From an uncultured Candidatus Saccharibacteria bacterium (GTDB taxonomy: Bacteria > Patescibacteriota > Doudnabacteria > UBA920), in assembly GCA_964490395.1 (NCBI GenBank), contig CAZBAS010000006.1, positions 8,081 through 72,080 on the forward strand: a stretch of DNA of 64,000 bases. Reading direction: 5' to 3'. The notes under the pieces were generated by a model that saw nothing but the letters and a program-made list of their open reading frames with translations, made no database searches and was not told the DNA's origin. Shown piece after piece: positions 10,176 through 18,501 of this stretch (the stretch's first letter is position 1; each line of letters opens with the position of its first letter). The position numbers and the translations under genes were made by a program.

Positions 10176-10370
10176 GGTGTAGTTGAAGCTTATTGCTGAC
10201 TTATATTATAACTATAATTGATCAGTTTGCCACCGACCTGTCTATTTTCCAGATTTGACTAATGCCATATTGAAAGGCACAATGGTAAGCAAACCACTGC
10301 ACGCGCAGGTAGGTTTTTAGTGGCCTTCTTGCCACTCGTTATCTTTGCCGAAAACTCATAGGGGGTTGAA

Positions 10371-11192
10371 ATGATAAAGGACGATGTCATATTCGCCTCA
10401 GATGAGAGGCGGAATGCGGTTGGTCGCGTTTTTCACGTTTTCTCTTGGTACCTTTTTGGGGGAGACATGCTCCCACATAATAGTAATGTTGCTGACTTGG
10501 TTGGCGCTAATGGTTTTCTTATTGATAGCAAATCCCGAAATGACTCGTGTGGCTTTCTTCATCCAGAAAGACAACTAATGGCACACGAGGCAAGCTTCCC
10601 GCAAGCTGTGTTGTATGCAGATTGGGGGTGGGTGGGGAGGTATCAGTCCCGCCGTCGAAAGGCGAACGGGCAGAGAAAGCGCCTCAGTGCATTAAAGAAT
10701 ATGCGTAACACGAGACAGCTGGTCCAGTATCTGAGCCAGCATACTACCCAACTGTATATCATAGATGGGAGTATATTGGCGCAGATGTGCCGACGTGCTA
10801 AACGGGGTAGGGTAAAAGGGGTAGGAAAAAAGAAATTGAAACCCCACCTTACTGATGCCTATTATGGCGAGAGGTCGCTAACGGTTTGCCGCTCATTATT
10901 ACAGGCGATTTGCGCTGATCCCAAGCTCCTCAAAATCTATGGACTAAGTCCAGATAATTTTGTTGCGTATCAGGAAAAGCAAAAACTTGACTGGGTAATG
11001 GCGTATGTCGACGATGGTGATCGGATTTTATACGAAGACCTTCTTTGTTTAGAATTAGACGTTTACTACATTGTGCGACCTACTTGGCTGCCCGAAATAC
11101 AAGCGATGATAGCTGGAGAGAGGGAATACCACAACCAGCTAGTGCAATTATTTAGGCAGAACCAGGATACGCGGACTACTGTGCCTTTTTAG
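10371..11192 (+). CDS. hypothetical protein (first gene of a GC-richer block)
   Basis: ATG preceded by GGGGG at -7. 273 aa with a basic region RRAKRGRVKGVGKKKLK. No family recognised. Confidence 0.45.
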   Translation: MIKDDVIFASDERRNAVGRVFHVFSWYLFGGDMLPHNSNVADLVGANGFLIDSKSRNDSCGFLHPERQLMAHEASFPQAVLYADWGWVGRYQSRRRKANGQRKRLSALKNMRNTRQLVQYLSQHTTQLYIIDGSILAQMCRRAKRGRVKGVGKKKLKPHLTDAYYGERSLTVCRSLLQAICADPKLLKIYGLSPDNFVAYQEKQKLDWVMAYVDDGDRILYEDLLCLELDVYYIVRPTWLPEIQAMIAGEREYHNQLVQLFRQNQDTRTTVPF

Positions 11193-11479
11193 CCTTCAAC
11201 GTACTCCTTGTGCGCTGTAGGCTGTTTTTATTTTCTAAACTTTTACTTTCTGCGGTGAAATTGTTACAGTAGTGGGTCTGCATGGTGCAGGCCAACCTAC
11301 TGCTGAAATGAGGCAGAATGAACACACCAGAGTCGAACTGGCTTAAGCGACTCAGTGGCAATGTTGGACTTGGTCTGACTGCTTCTTTGCTCGGAGACGG
11401 TATAGTTCGCGGGAATCAAACCAATGGGATGGACCTCTTCAGGGCTGTCCCTGGCGGCCAGTGAGGGATAGAATGCAAG

Positions 11480-12028
11480 ATGGCTCATACCGGGCGTTTA
11501 GAGTTAAGCGTTCCTCAATTCAGCCGGCACACAAAGAGTAGCTCTAGTTTTTGCATGTATGCAATGTATGAATATGATAGGAACACTAGGGGTCTAAGTA
11601 GGGTCGCTGGTTCGTATGAGAGTGCGGAGAGATTTGTTTTGCGGCGTATTCACTCAGGGTATTTTATTGCTGCTGATGTGATAAGCGCTGCGCGTACAAT
11701 TCATGGTACCCAAAAAATTTGGGGAAAATCATCTCCCGAATATATCTGCCTTAAGGCGGATATATTAAGATCCTTGTTTAATGATTTTCCAAGGTACTGT
11801 GTAGCTGGTTTGCTTAACCAGGGTGATTACGAGCTCTGTACTATCGAAGTACCTCGGATCAGTTTTCGTGGCGAGAGCCTTTCGGGTCTGCGTAAGATAC
11901 GCACCATCTTGCCGGCTTCCATTTCAGAACAGCTTGTTACCGAAGTTGAAGCGCGATTAGCGGTGGTGGCTGGTAAAGACCTGAGTGATGTGCTGTATCC
12001 ACTCTTTTGCCAACTCGATAAATCTTGA
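11480..12028 (+). CDS. hypothetical protein
   Basis: ATG preceded by GAGGGA. 182 aa, no family recognised. Confidence 0.45.
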   Translation: MAHTGRLELSVPQFSRHTKSSSSFCMYAMYEYDRNTRGLSRVAGSYESAERFVLRRIHSGYFIAADVISAARTIHGTQKIWGKSSPEYICLKADILRSLFNDFPRYCVAGLLNQGDYELCTIEVPRISFRGESLSGLRKIRTILPASISEQLVTEVEARLAVVAGKDLSDVLYPLFCQLDKS

Positions 12029-12156
12029 CTGCTTACATGCGAATGTGGGCAGTCTTTACTTTTTGTTATCAGTGTGAGTTGTTTACTTTATTGACTAATA
12101 TGCTACAGTACTAAGCTTTGCAATGGGGCAGAGTAAATACCAAAAAGGGAGGAGTT

Positions 12157-12822
12157 ATGGACGGAGCAAGTATGACCAAGCTGCGTTTTCTTGGCGGCAA
12201 GTATGGCCAGTCTTTGACCGCCTCCCTTTTAGGTGGTAAGTCAAAGTTTGGTAATGACAGCAATGGTGCTGACCTGTTTTGGTTTCCCACGACAGGCGAA
12301 AAAGTTGATGTTGAAATCAAGGTGTCACAATCCTATGGTTTCAAAATAGATGAAATCCAATTACTGCGATATGAGCGTAGACAGGTGTGTGGGGCTTGTG
12401 ATCATGTTCTGTACATGCTAGTAGAATATCATCCAGACCCTGTTATCCTACGAGAGCTGGAATTAACACAGCAGAATGTTTCGGCTTTTCTTTCACAGCG
12501 GGTCCATACTATATATTTATTAGACCTGGGTGCGGTGTTGGCCATGCGTGCCCTTGAGGGCAGTAAGAATGGCTATCATCCAGAGAAAAGAATGGTACGT
12601 ACAACGGCAACGTTTTTACGTTCCATCTTTGATTATTCTTCGGGTTTTTGCCAAAGAGGTGGTCTGAACCGTGATGAGTTTGTATCTCATAGCCTGGAGT
12701 TGGGCTCGCCTGGTTTGTGCGGGGAAAAATTGCCCCAGCTGAAGTCGCTGAGGTTTTTTCTGCCCGCTGCAGTGTCTAATGAGATTACAACCAACACATA
12801 TCACTATCTCATAAGCGAGTAG
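12157..12822 (+). CDS. hypothetical protein with a possible PD-(D/E)xK nuclease-like motif
   Basis: The ORF track begins at a TTG (12118). An ATG at 12157 lies 3 nt after GGGAGGAG. The segment GADLFWFPTTGEKVDVEIKV fits the D-x(n)-E-x-K restriction-endonuclease-fold pattern. This match is weak. Confidence 0.4.
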   Translation: MDGASMTKLRFLGGKYGQSLTASLLGGKSKFGNDSNGADLFWFPTTGEKVDVEIKVSQSYGFKIDEIQLLRYERRQVCGACDHVLYMLVEYHPDPVILRELELTQQNVSAFLSQRVHTIYLLDLGAVLAMRALEGSKNGYHPEKRMVRTTATFLRSIFDYSSGFCQRGGLNRDEFVSHSLELGSPGLCGEKLPQLKSLRFFLPAAVSNEITTNTYHYLISE

Positions 12823-12886
12823 TTTCTGTTTTTGGTTGTGCATGTATCTTGCCTGGCACATTTTGAGGCTGTCGACCGTAATTGGT

Positions 12887-12915
12887 TTGACAGTCTCTAC
12901 TTTTTATGGTACTAT
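12887..12915 (+). promoter_or_regulatory. sigma70-like promoter TTGACA-17 nt-TACTAT upstream of the DUF1003 gene
   Basis: Exact TTGACA, then a 17 nt spacer, then TACTAT. This predicts a 5' leader of about 135 nt. Confidence 0.5.
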
Positions 12916-13057
12916 GTTAAACAAGTTGGGTGCATTCGAATGATGCCATCCCTGGCGTTAGTCGATTACTCCTGACTTGAACTTAGTAATAGCACATACA
13001 TGATTGGCCTGTTTGCGCAGCCAGTCCTGTCTTTGCGTATGGAAAGGAATTACCAGC

Positions 13058-13618
13058 ATGGTAAAGAAACCAGAACCACAGTCCAAGTTCGAATTGGCTG
13101 CAGTAAAGTTTACTAATTGGGTTGGGTCTACGTCTTCGCTTGTCGTCCATACCTTAGCTTTTATAGCCAGTTTTATATTGGTTATATTTGGCGTGGCGTT
13201 AGATAAAGTACTCCTTGTACTTACGACCGCAGTGTCGCTGGAGGCAATTTATCTTGCTATATTCATTCAAATGACAGTGAACCGCAACACTGCAAGTTTG
13301 GAAGAAGTGGAAGAAGACATAGATGAAATCCAAAAAGACATTGATGAAGTCCAGGAAGACGTGGGCGAAATTGCCGAAGATGTAGGAGAAATTGAAAAAG
13401 ACGTTGATGAAATTCAGGCGGACATTGATGAAGTGCAAAAAGATATAGACGAAGTGCAAAAAGACGTTGACGAAATTCAAGAAGACGTAGAAGACATTAC
13501 AGAAGGCGAAACTGCAGAAGAGCTAGCCGACCGCAAAACTCGCGAGTCCTTAGATAACATAGAAGGCACCCTCGCAAGGCTCATAGAAGAAATAGAAAAA
13601 ATAAAAGCGCAGAAATAA
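13058..13618 (+). CDS. DUF1003 family membrane protein with C-terminal heptad-repeat coiled coil
   Basis: Has two TM helices and the SLEAIYLAIFIQMTVNRN motif characteristic of DUF1003/COG4420. The ATG at 13058 follows AAAGGA. The C-terminus is an acidic 7-residue repeat array. Confidence 0.7.
   Translation: MVKKPEPQSKFELAAVKFTNWVGSTSSLVVHTLAFIASFILVIFGVALDKVLLVLTTAVSLEAIYLAIFIQMTVNRNTASLEEVEEDIDEIQKDIDEVQEDVGEIAEDVGEIEKDVDEIQADIDEVQKDIDEVQKDVDEIQEDVEDITEGETAEELADRKTRESLDNIEGTLARLIEEIEKIKAQK
13301..13512 (+). repeat. about ten imperfect 21 bp tandem repeats inside the DUF1003 gene, encoding the heptads (D/G)E(I/V)(Q/E)(K/E)D(I/V)
   Basis: gatgaa(a/g)t(c/g)ca(a/g)aaagac(a/g)t(t/a) recurs head-to-tail. 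The protein repeat reads DIDEVQK / DVDEIQE. Confidence 0.7.
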
Positions 13619-13648
13619 GTAGTCAGTAGTAAGTTGTCTGTTGTAAGT

Positions 13649-13685
13649 AAAGCACTCTTTGCGTAGGCAAAGAGTGCTTTTATAT
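13649..13685. terminator. bidirectional intrinsic terminator (AAAGCACTCTTTGC-gtag-GCAAAGAGTGCTTT + TAT)
   Basis: Perfect 14 bp stem between convergent genes. Confidence 0.65.
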
Positions 13686-13724
13686 ACTGACTACTGATAA
13701 CTTACTACTGACAGCCTGTTCGGA

Positions 13725-15470
13725 TTATTCTCTCGCTGCTATTTGCTGCCTCCATAGCGCGGCGTAGAGGCCGTGTTGGTCAAGGAGTTGTTGGTGGCTA
13801 CCTGACTCGGCTACTTTGCCTTTTTCAAGTACAAATATAGTATCGCTGTGCACAATGGTAGAAAGACGGTGTGCAACGAGAACGGTAATAAGGTTTGGTC
13901 GCTCGTTCTTTATTTCTTTTATGGTATGGGTTATCTCTTCTTCTGTAAGAGAGTCGAGCGCGCTGGTTGCTTCGTCAAATATTATTAAGTCAGGGTTGCG
14001 AAGTAGGGCACGGGCAATGGATAGACGCTGTTTTTCACCACCAGAAAGCTTAAGGCCACCTTCACCGATAATTGTTTCAAGGCCCTTGCCCCCGCGTTCA
14101 ATAATTGGCAGTGCTGCTGCAGACTTAAGCGCGGCTATACATTCATCGTCAGTCGCGTTTGGTTTTACGAACTGGAGGTTGTCGCGAATAGTTCCGGCAA
14201 AGAGCTGGGTGTCCTGCGAAACAAACCCAATGCGGTTACGGTAGTATTCTGCATCCAGCTGCAACATGTTGGTTTCATTAACCGTAATGTTACCTTCGGT
14301 TGCAGGGTACAGGCCTACTATGAGTTTTATAATGGTTGTCTTACCGGACCCAGATGGCCCAGCAAACGCAACGGTCTGGCCAGCAGCTATGTTGAACGAC
14401 ACTTTTTCCAGGGCAGGCTCGTTTGCCGATTGGTACTTAAAGCTTACGCCATCAAATACAATATTTTTTACTTTATCTACAGATACCGCGCCTTTAGGTT
14501 TTTCTTCTTTTGGAGTTTTCAGAATTACATCCAGGCGTTCCATGCTGGCTTTTGTTTCCTGATATGCTGCGGCTACATTGCCCAGCTCGCCAAGAGGAGC
14601 AAAGATGGCAAACGAGTAGAATAGAAGGGTGAAGAATTCACCAAGGCTAATGCCGCCAATTAATATAAGCCACAGCATAAGGAGCATTAGTGCCGAACGA
14701 AGCGCATTCGTAAGTGTACCCTGAAGGAACGAAAGCTTGCGCACGAGACGTACTTTTTCAAGCTCAAGCTGGAGAATTTGCTCGTTAACGGTATTTAGTC
14801 GTTTTATTTCTTGCTGTTCAAGTCCGAGCGATTTAACTAACTCTACATTTCTTAAAGTTTCTGTAGTGCTTCCGGCAAGCGCGGAAGTTTGTTTAATAAT
14901 GCGCTGCTGTATAAGTTTTATCTTTCTAGAAATCCAGTAGGTAACAGCACCCAGCGTTGGTAGTATGAGGAAGTATACGAGTCCTACTAACCAGTGCACG
15001 TAAAATGCGTACCCAATAACTATGAGTATGCTTATGAGCGAAAGGAAGAGGGAGTTAATGCTTGTTTGAATAAGCTTTTGAGCATCGTCGCGAGCTTTTT
15101 GGAGTTTATTTAAAAACTCACCACTGCGTTGGTCCTCGAATACTGCGTAGGGGAGAGAGAAGGAATGATCTACGGAGTGGTTGTACATTTTTGCACCAAG
15201 GCGCTGCACTATAACGTTTACGTAGTAGTCCTGAAAGTTTTTTGCAACGCGGGAAACAAATGCCGTGCCCATGGAAGCAAGGAGGAGCAAGCCAACACCA
15301 CGCAAAAACTGGTTGTGCGGTATTTGCCCAACTTTAGACGCGTACTTGTCTACTATGAGTCTAAAAATTTGCGGATCAATTAAACTAAAAACTTGGTTTA
15401 CAGTCGCGAGGAGTAGCGCACCAATAAGAAGGTTGCGGTAGTTTTTGAGGTATTGCCAAAGTAATTTCAT
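13725..15470 (-). CDS. ABC exporter, fused permease/ATPase (MsbA/MdlB-like), second copy
   Basis: TM domain followed by Walker A GPSGSGKTT, LSGGEKQRLSIARAL, and Walker B IIFDEATSALD. Confidence 0.85.
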   Translation of the reverse strand: MKLLWQYLKNYRNLLIGALLLATVNQVFSLIDPQIFRLIVDKYASKVGQIPHNQFLRGVGLLLLASMGTAFVSRVAKNFQDYYVNVIVQRLGAKMYNHSVDHSFSLPYAVFEDQRSGEFLNKLQKARDDAQKLIQTSINSLFLSLISILIVIGYAFYVHWLVGLVYFLILPTLGAVTYWISRKIKLIQQRIIKQTSALAGSTTETLRNVELVKSLGLEQQEIKRLNTVNEQILQLELEKVRLVRKLSFLQGTLTNALRSALMLLMLWLILIGGISLGEFFTLLFYSFAIFAPLGELGNVAAAYQETKASMERLDVILKTPKEEKPKGAVSVDKVKNIVFDGVSFKYQSANEPALEKVSFNIAAGQTVAFAGPSGSGKTTIIKLIVGLYPATEGNITVNETNMLQLDAEYYRNRIGFVSQDTQLFAGTIRDNLQFVKPNATDDECIAALKSAAALPIIERGGKGLETIIGEGGLKLSGGEKQRLSIARALLRNPDLIIFDEATSALDSLTEEEITHTIKEIKNERPNLITVLVAHRLSTIVHSDTIFVLEKGKVAESGSHQQLLDQHGLYAALWRQQIAARE

Positions 15471-15586
15471 AGAGTATCGATGCTAATATACAAATAAATA
15501 CTAATTATACGAATAAAGAGTTATGCATAAGTATGCATAACTAAAATGAGTATATCAAAGGAGTTTAAAATAGTCGAGTCGTACTG

Positions 15587-15925
15587 CTACCGTGGAATTA
15601 TTTGCCAGCCTTTGGGTACGTCGCACGGGGTGGGGAAGTCGCGAATTTCTTGAGTGTCCGGGTTTTTAGCCGGAGTTATTACTTCGGCGCAGGTAGTCTG
15701 TTTAGGAAGGGTAGGACGAACGTATCCTTGCGGAGGTTTATTTATGTCCACACCGCCATCGTCTGAAGCCTGGGTGCCTGCGTCTATGGTTATGGGCGCA
15801 TCCTCTATAATTTGTGTTTTTAGTAGGTGGGGAGCAAAGATGTATGCCAGCAGTACTGCCACCACGAGGCATACTCCTATGCTACCAAGAAGATATGGGG
15901 TTTTTATTTCTTTTTCAAATTTCAT
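15587..15925 (-). CDS. hypothetical small membrane-anchored protein
   Basis: The start MKFEKEIK was chosen (CAT at 15923-15925). It has one TM helix and a Pro-rich tail. Confidence 0.45.
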   Translation of the reverse strand: MKFEKEIKTPYLLGSIGVCLVVAVLLAYIFAPHLLKTQIIEDAPITIDAGTQASDDGGVDINKPPQGYVRPTLPKQTTCAEVITPAKNPDTQEIRDFPTPCDVPKGWQIIPR

Positions 15926-15934
15926 ATTTGCGAC

Positions 15935-16024
15935 ACTAATATACGAATGCCACGCGAATGTCACGAATAATACCGGAAGAATTTACTTAATTCGTAATTC
16001 TTGATTCTTAATTCTATTCTTACA
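15935..16024. repeat. heptanucleotide repeat tract (CGAATG/GAATTAA/GAATCAA units) in a 5' leader
   Basis: acgaatg-cacgcgaatg-tcacgaata ... cttaattcgtaattcttgattcttaattctattcttac. This is the same unit family seen at 4673, 52245, 61143 and inside metG. Confidence 0.45.
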
Positions 16025-16706
16025 ATATATCCGACTTTTGTATATGCACGAACTGGCCCGGAGGAATGTCGGGAAGTTTTAGTTTATTAATGCGAATGCG
16101 TTTCAGGTTTTTCACTTTAAGGCCAACTGCTTCTATCATGCGGCGGACCTGGCGCTTTTTTCCTTCGTGGATGGTTATGAGTATGGTGGTGCCCTTATTT
16201 TTCACTTTAGCCGGGTACGTGGTGCCAGTGGCTATATCTACTCCTTCGCGAAGCAGCTGGAGTTGTTGATCGTTCGGCGCAAGGTTTACGAGGACCTCGT
16301 ACTCTTTTTGGTGCTCGAAACTTGGGTGGGCGAGCTGCTGCGTAAGCTCACCATCATTCGTCAAAATAAGTAATCCTTCGGTGTGGTAGTCGAGCCTACC
16401 CACATTCCAGACTTTGGTCTGCAATTCTTTTGGCAACAGTTTAAATATAGTACGGCGGTGCTGCGGATCGCTTTTGCTGACCACATACTCTTTTGGTTTA
16501 TTTAGCGCAATGTATATCTTCTCTTCTGTAGGGCGAATAACTTTTCCGTATACACTTACTACGTCTTTCTCCGGGTCTACTTTATCTCCCAGCTTTGCTC
16601 GTTTACCATTTATGCTGACCTGACCGCTTTGAATAAACTCCTCAGCTTTGCGCCGGGAAGCTATGCCGTGTTCACTAATGTATTTTTGTACGCGTATGGG
16701 TTCCAT
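16020..16706 (-). CDS. rRNA pseudouridine synthase, RsuA/RluB family (S4 domain plus catalytic domain)
   Basis: Has an S4 RNA-binding N-terminus (YISEHGIASRRKAEEFIQSGQVSINGK) and the catalytic motif GRLDYHTEGLLILTNDG. Start at MEPIRV. Confidence 0.8.
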   Translation of the reverse strand: MEPIRVQKYISEHGIASRRKAEEFIQSGQVSINGKRAKLGDKVDPEKDVVSVYGKVIRPTEEKIYIALNKPKEYVVSKSDPQHRRTIFKLLPKELQTKVWNVGRLDYHTEGLLILTNDGELTQQLAHPSFEHQKEYEVLVNLAPNDQQLQLLREGVDIATGTTYPAKVKNKGTTILITIHEGKKRQVRRMIEAVGLKVKNLKRIRINKLKLPDIPPGQFVHIQKSDIL

Positions 16707-16794
16707 ATGAATGTATTTTACCTTGTTTGGCATTTTATAGCTAGGTTTTGTGTGATAAACTTAAAACAACATAACTGCCAACTAAGACACATAT

Positions 16795-18489
16795 ATGGAC
16801 CAAGAAAACCAAACGCCTCCTTCTGCAGAGCCTGTGCAGGAAATAAAGCCAGTACGCAGCTGGCATGGTGCTGCCCTTTATATACTCATTCCGATAGTGG
16901 TAGTATTGCTCGGCGCTGCTGCATACATGGCCATGCAACTGAAAAATAATTCTACACATGTGCCAAGTGTTGGTACTGTTCAGCCTCCGGCGCCAACCCC
17001 TCCTACCGAAGTGCCGCCTACCCCAGCTCCAGAGCCCGATCACTCTGCTGGTACATGGGTTGGCGTAACGTGGGTTAGCCCATGGAAGCCAGTTGCGAAG
17101 GTGGATTGTGGGCCCGCTGATGCAATTACATGCGAAGCCGAAGCGACAAAACAATATAACGCAGGAACAATTATTGACGGGAAATATAAAGGGCAGACTA
17201 TCTACATACAGGAAGAGAGTATGCTCGGTAGTTCTTACCGATATTTTATAAAGGTGGATAGCAAAAATAAATATTTTGACGAGGCGAATATAAAAATAAC
17301 GGGCATAGACGACCTGCCGGAATATATCCAGCTTCCTGGTAGCGACCAGAAACTAAGACGGTTTACTACCCAGCAGTCGCTCTACAAAGACTTAAAACTG
17401 GCGAAGAAAATATTTACCGACCCGACTGTGGGCGATATCTACTTGTCCGATACTGGGGATTGTTTTATTGCTGCTTTGCCAAATGGTCTGGCAGTGTCGT
17501 ACAGTCTTGTTGTTCCGTTTGTAAACAAAGATACTGGTATCCCTCAAATATCTTTTGACACTGGCAAGGCAAATGCAGATACCTATAATTACATAGTTCC
17601 TTCGTGTGGCTGGCTGTGTGACCGTTTGGCATTGGTAGAAGAAAAAGATCTGAAGCCAGACACAAGGTTGGTTGTGGTGGGGGCAGCAGGCGGCCAAAAG
17701 ATATACGGAATAAAGGACCCGAACGATAAGGTGCTTAAGGATATTTATAACGACAAGAATACGGTGCCGTACTCGAGTAGTACTCAAAATCCTGACGGTA
17801 CCTATCAAAACTCAAAGAGTAAGTATACCTACGAACAATTTATAGCACTGCGCCCGCTTTTGTACTGGCAAGACGCACTTGGTCGCTGGATAGAATTTAG
17901 AAACGCACGCGTGGCAGTTGCCGCGGAAATGTGTAAGCCAGTTATTTATCTATACCCAACCAAAGATACAAACTTAAAAATAGAAGTGGCGCCAAATGGA
18001 GGCCTTACCAAAACTATTCCAGAGTACGGCAATGGCTGGGAAGTAACTGCGCATCCAACTGGTAAAATTACTGACAGAAAAACCGGTGAGGTGTATGACT
18101 ACTTGTTCTGGGAAGGTATAGGCATGCAGTATCCAAGCCCAACAGAAGGTTTTGTTGTGGCAACAAAAGATCTTTCTAAATTCTTTGATACTACATTGCC
18201 AAAGCTTGGTCTGGCAGGCAGAGAAATAACCGACTTTAAAGAATACTGGGTAGCTCGTTTGCAAAATACTGGTAAGGCATATGCGCTCATAAGCTTTATG
18301 AAACCTCTGGACTTTGCAGCGTTAGCGCCTGTTGCCATAACTGGTCAGCAGCCAAATTCAACCATTCGCGTTATGATGACTGCAAAAGCTCTTGATGCAA
18401 AAATTTCTATTCCCGAACAAAAACTTGCTCCAACACCAGTACGTAAAGGGTTTGTGTACGCAGAGTGGGGTGGAGCGCTGCTTCAGTAG
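16795..18489 (+). CDS. hypothetical membrane-anchored extracytoplasmic protein (564 aa)
   Basis: Has an N-terminal TM helix and a Pro/Thr-rich linker (PPAPTPPTEVPPTPAPEP), followed by a large domain with no recognised family. Confidence 0.55.
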   Translation: MDQENQTPPSAEPVQEIKPVRSWHGAALYILIPIVVVLLGAAAYMAMQLKNNSTHVPSVGTVQPPAPTPPTEVPPTPAPEPDHSAGTWVGVTWVSPWKPVAKVDCGPADAITCEAEATKQYNAGTIIDGKYKGQTIYIQEESMLGSSYRYFIKVDSKNKYFDEANIKITGIDDLPEYIQLPGSDQKLRRFTTQQSLYKDLKLAKKIFTDPTVGDIYLSDTGDCFIAALPNGLAVSYSLVVPFVNKDTGIPQISFDTGKANADTYNYIVPSCGWLCDRLALVEEKDLKPDTRLVVVGAAGGQKIYGIKDPNDKVLKDIYNDKNTVPYSSSTQNPDGTYQNSKSKYTYEQFIALRPLLYWQDALGRWIEFRNARVAVAAEMCKPVIYLYPTKDTNLKIEVAPNGGLTKTIPEYGNGWEVTAHPTGKITDRKTGEVYDYLFWEGIGMQYPSPTEGFVVATKDLSKFFDTTLPKLGLAGREITDFKEYWVARLQNTGKAYALISFMKPLDFAALAPVAITGQQPNSTIRVMMTAKALDAKISIPEQKLAPTPVRKGFVYAEWGGALLQ

Positions 18490-18501
18490 AATCATGTAAA
18501 C

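Noticed and set aside
10384-10578. 64 aa hydrophobic ORF in an alternative frame at the start of the GC-richer block
   Set aside because: It overlaps the longer 10371..11192 ORF, which has a better start context. The long ORF is kept, with low confidence.
12118-12156. TTG start at 12118 for the third GC-rich-block ORF, as given by the ORF track
   Set aside because: An ATG at 12157 with an adjacent GGGAGGAG Shine-Dalgarno sequence is a more plausible start. Both remain uncertain.
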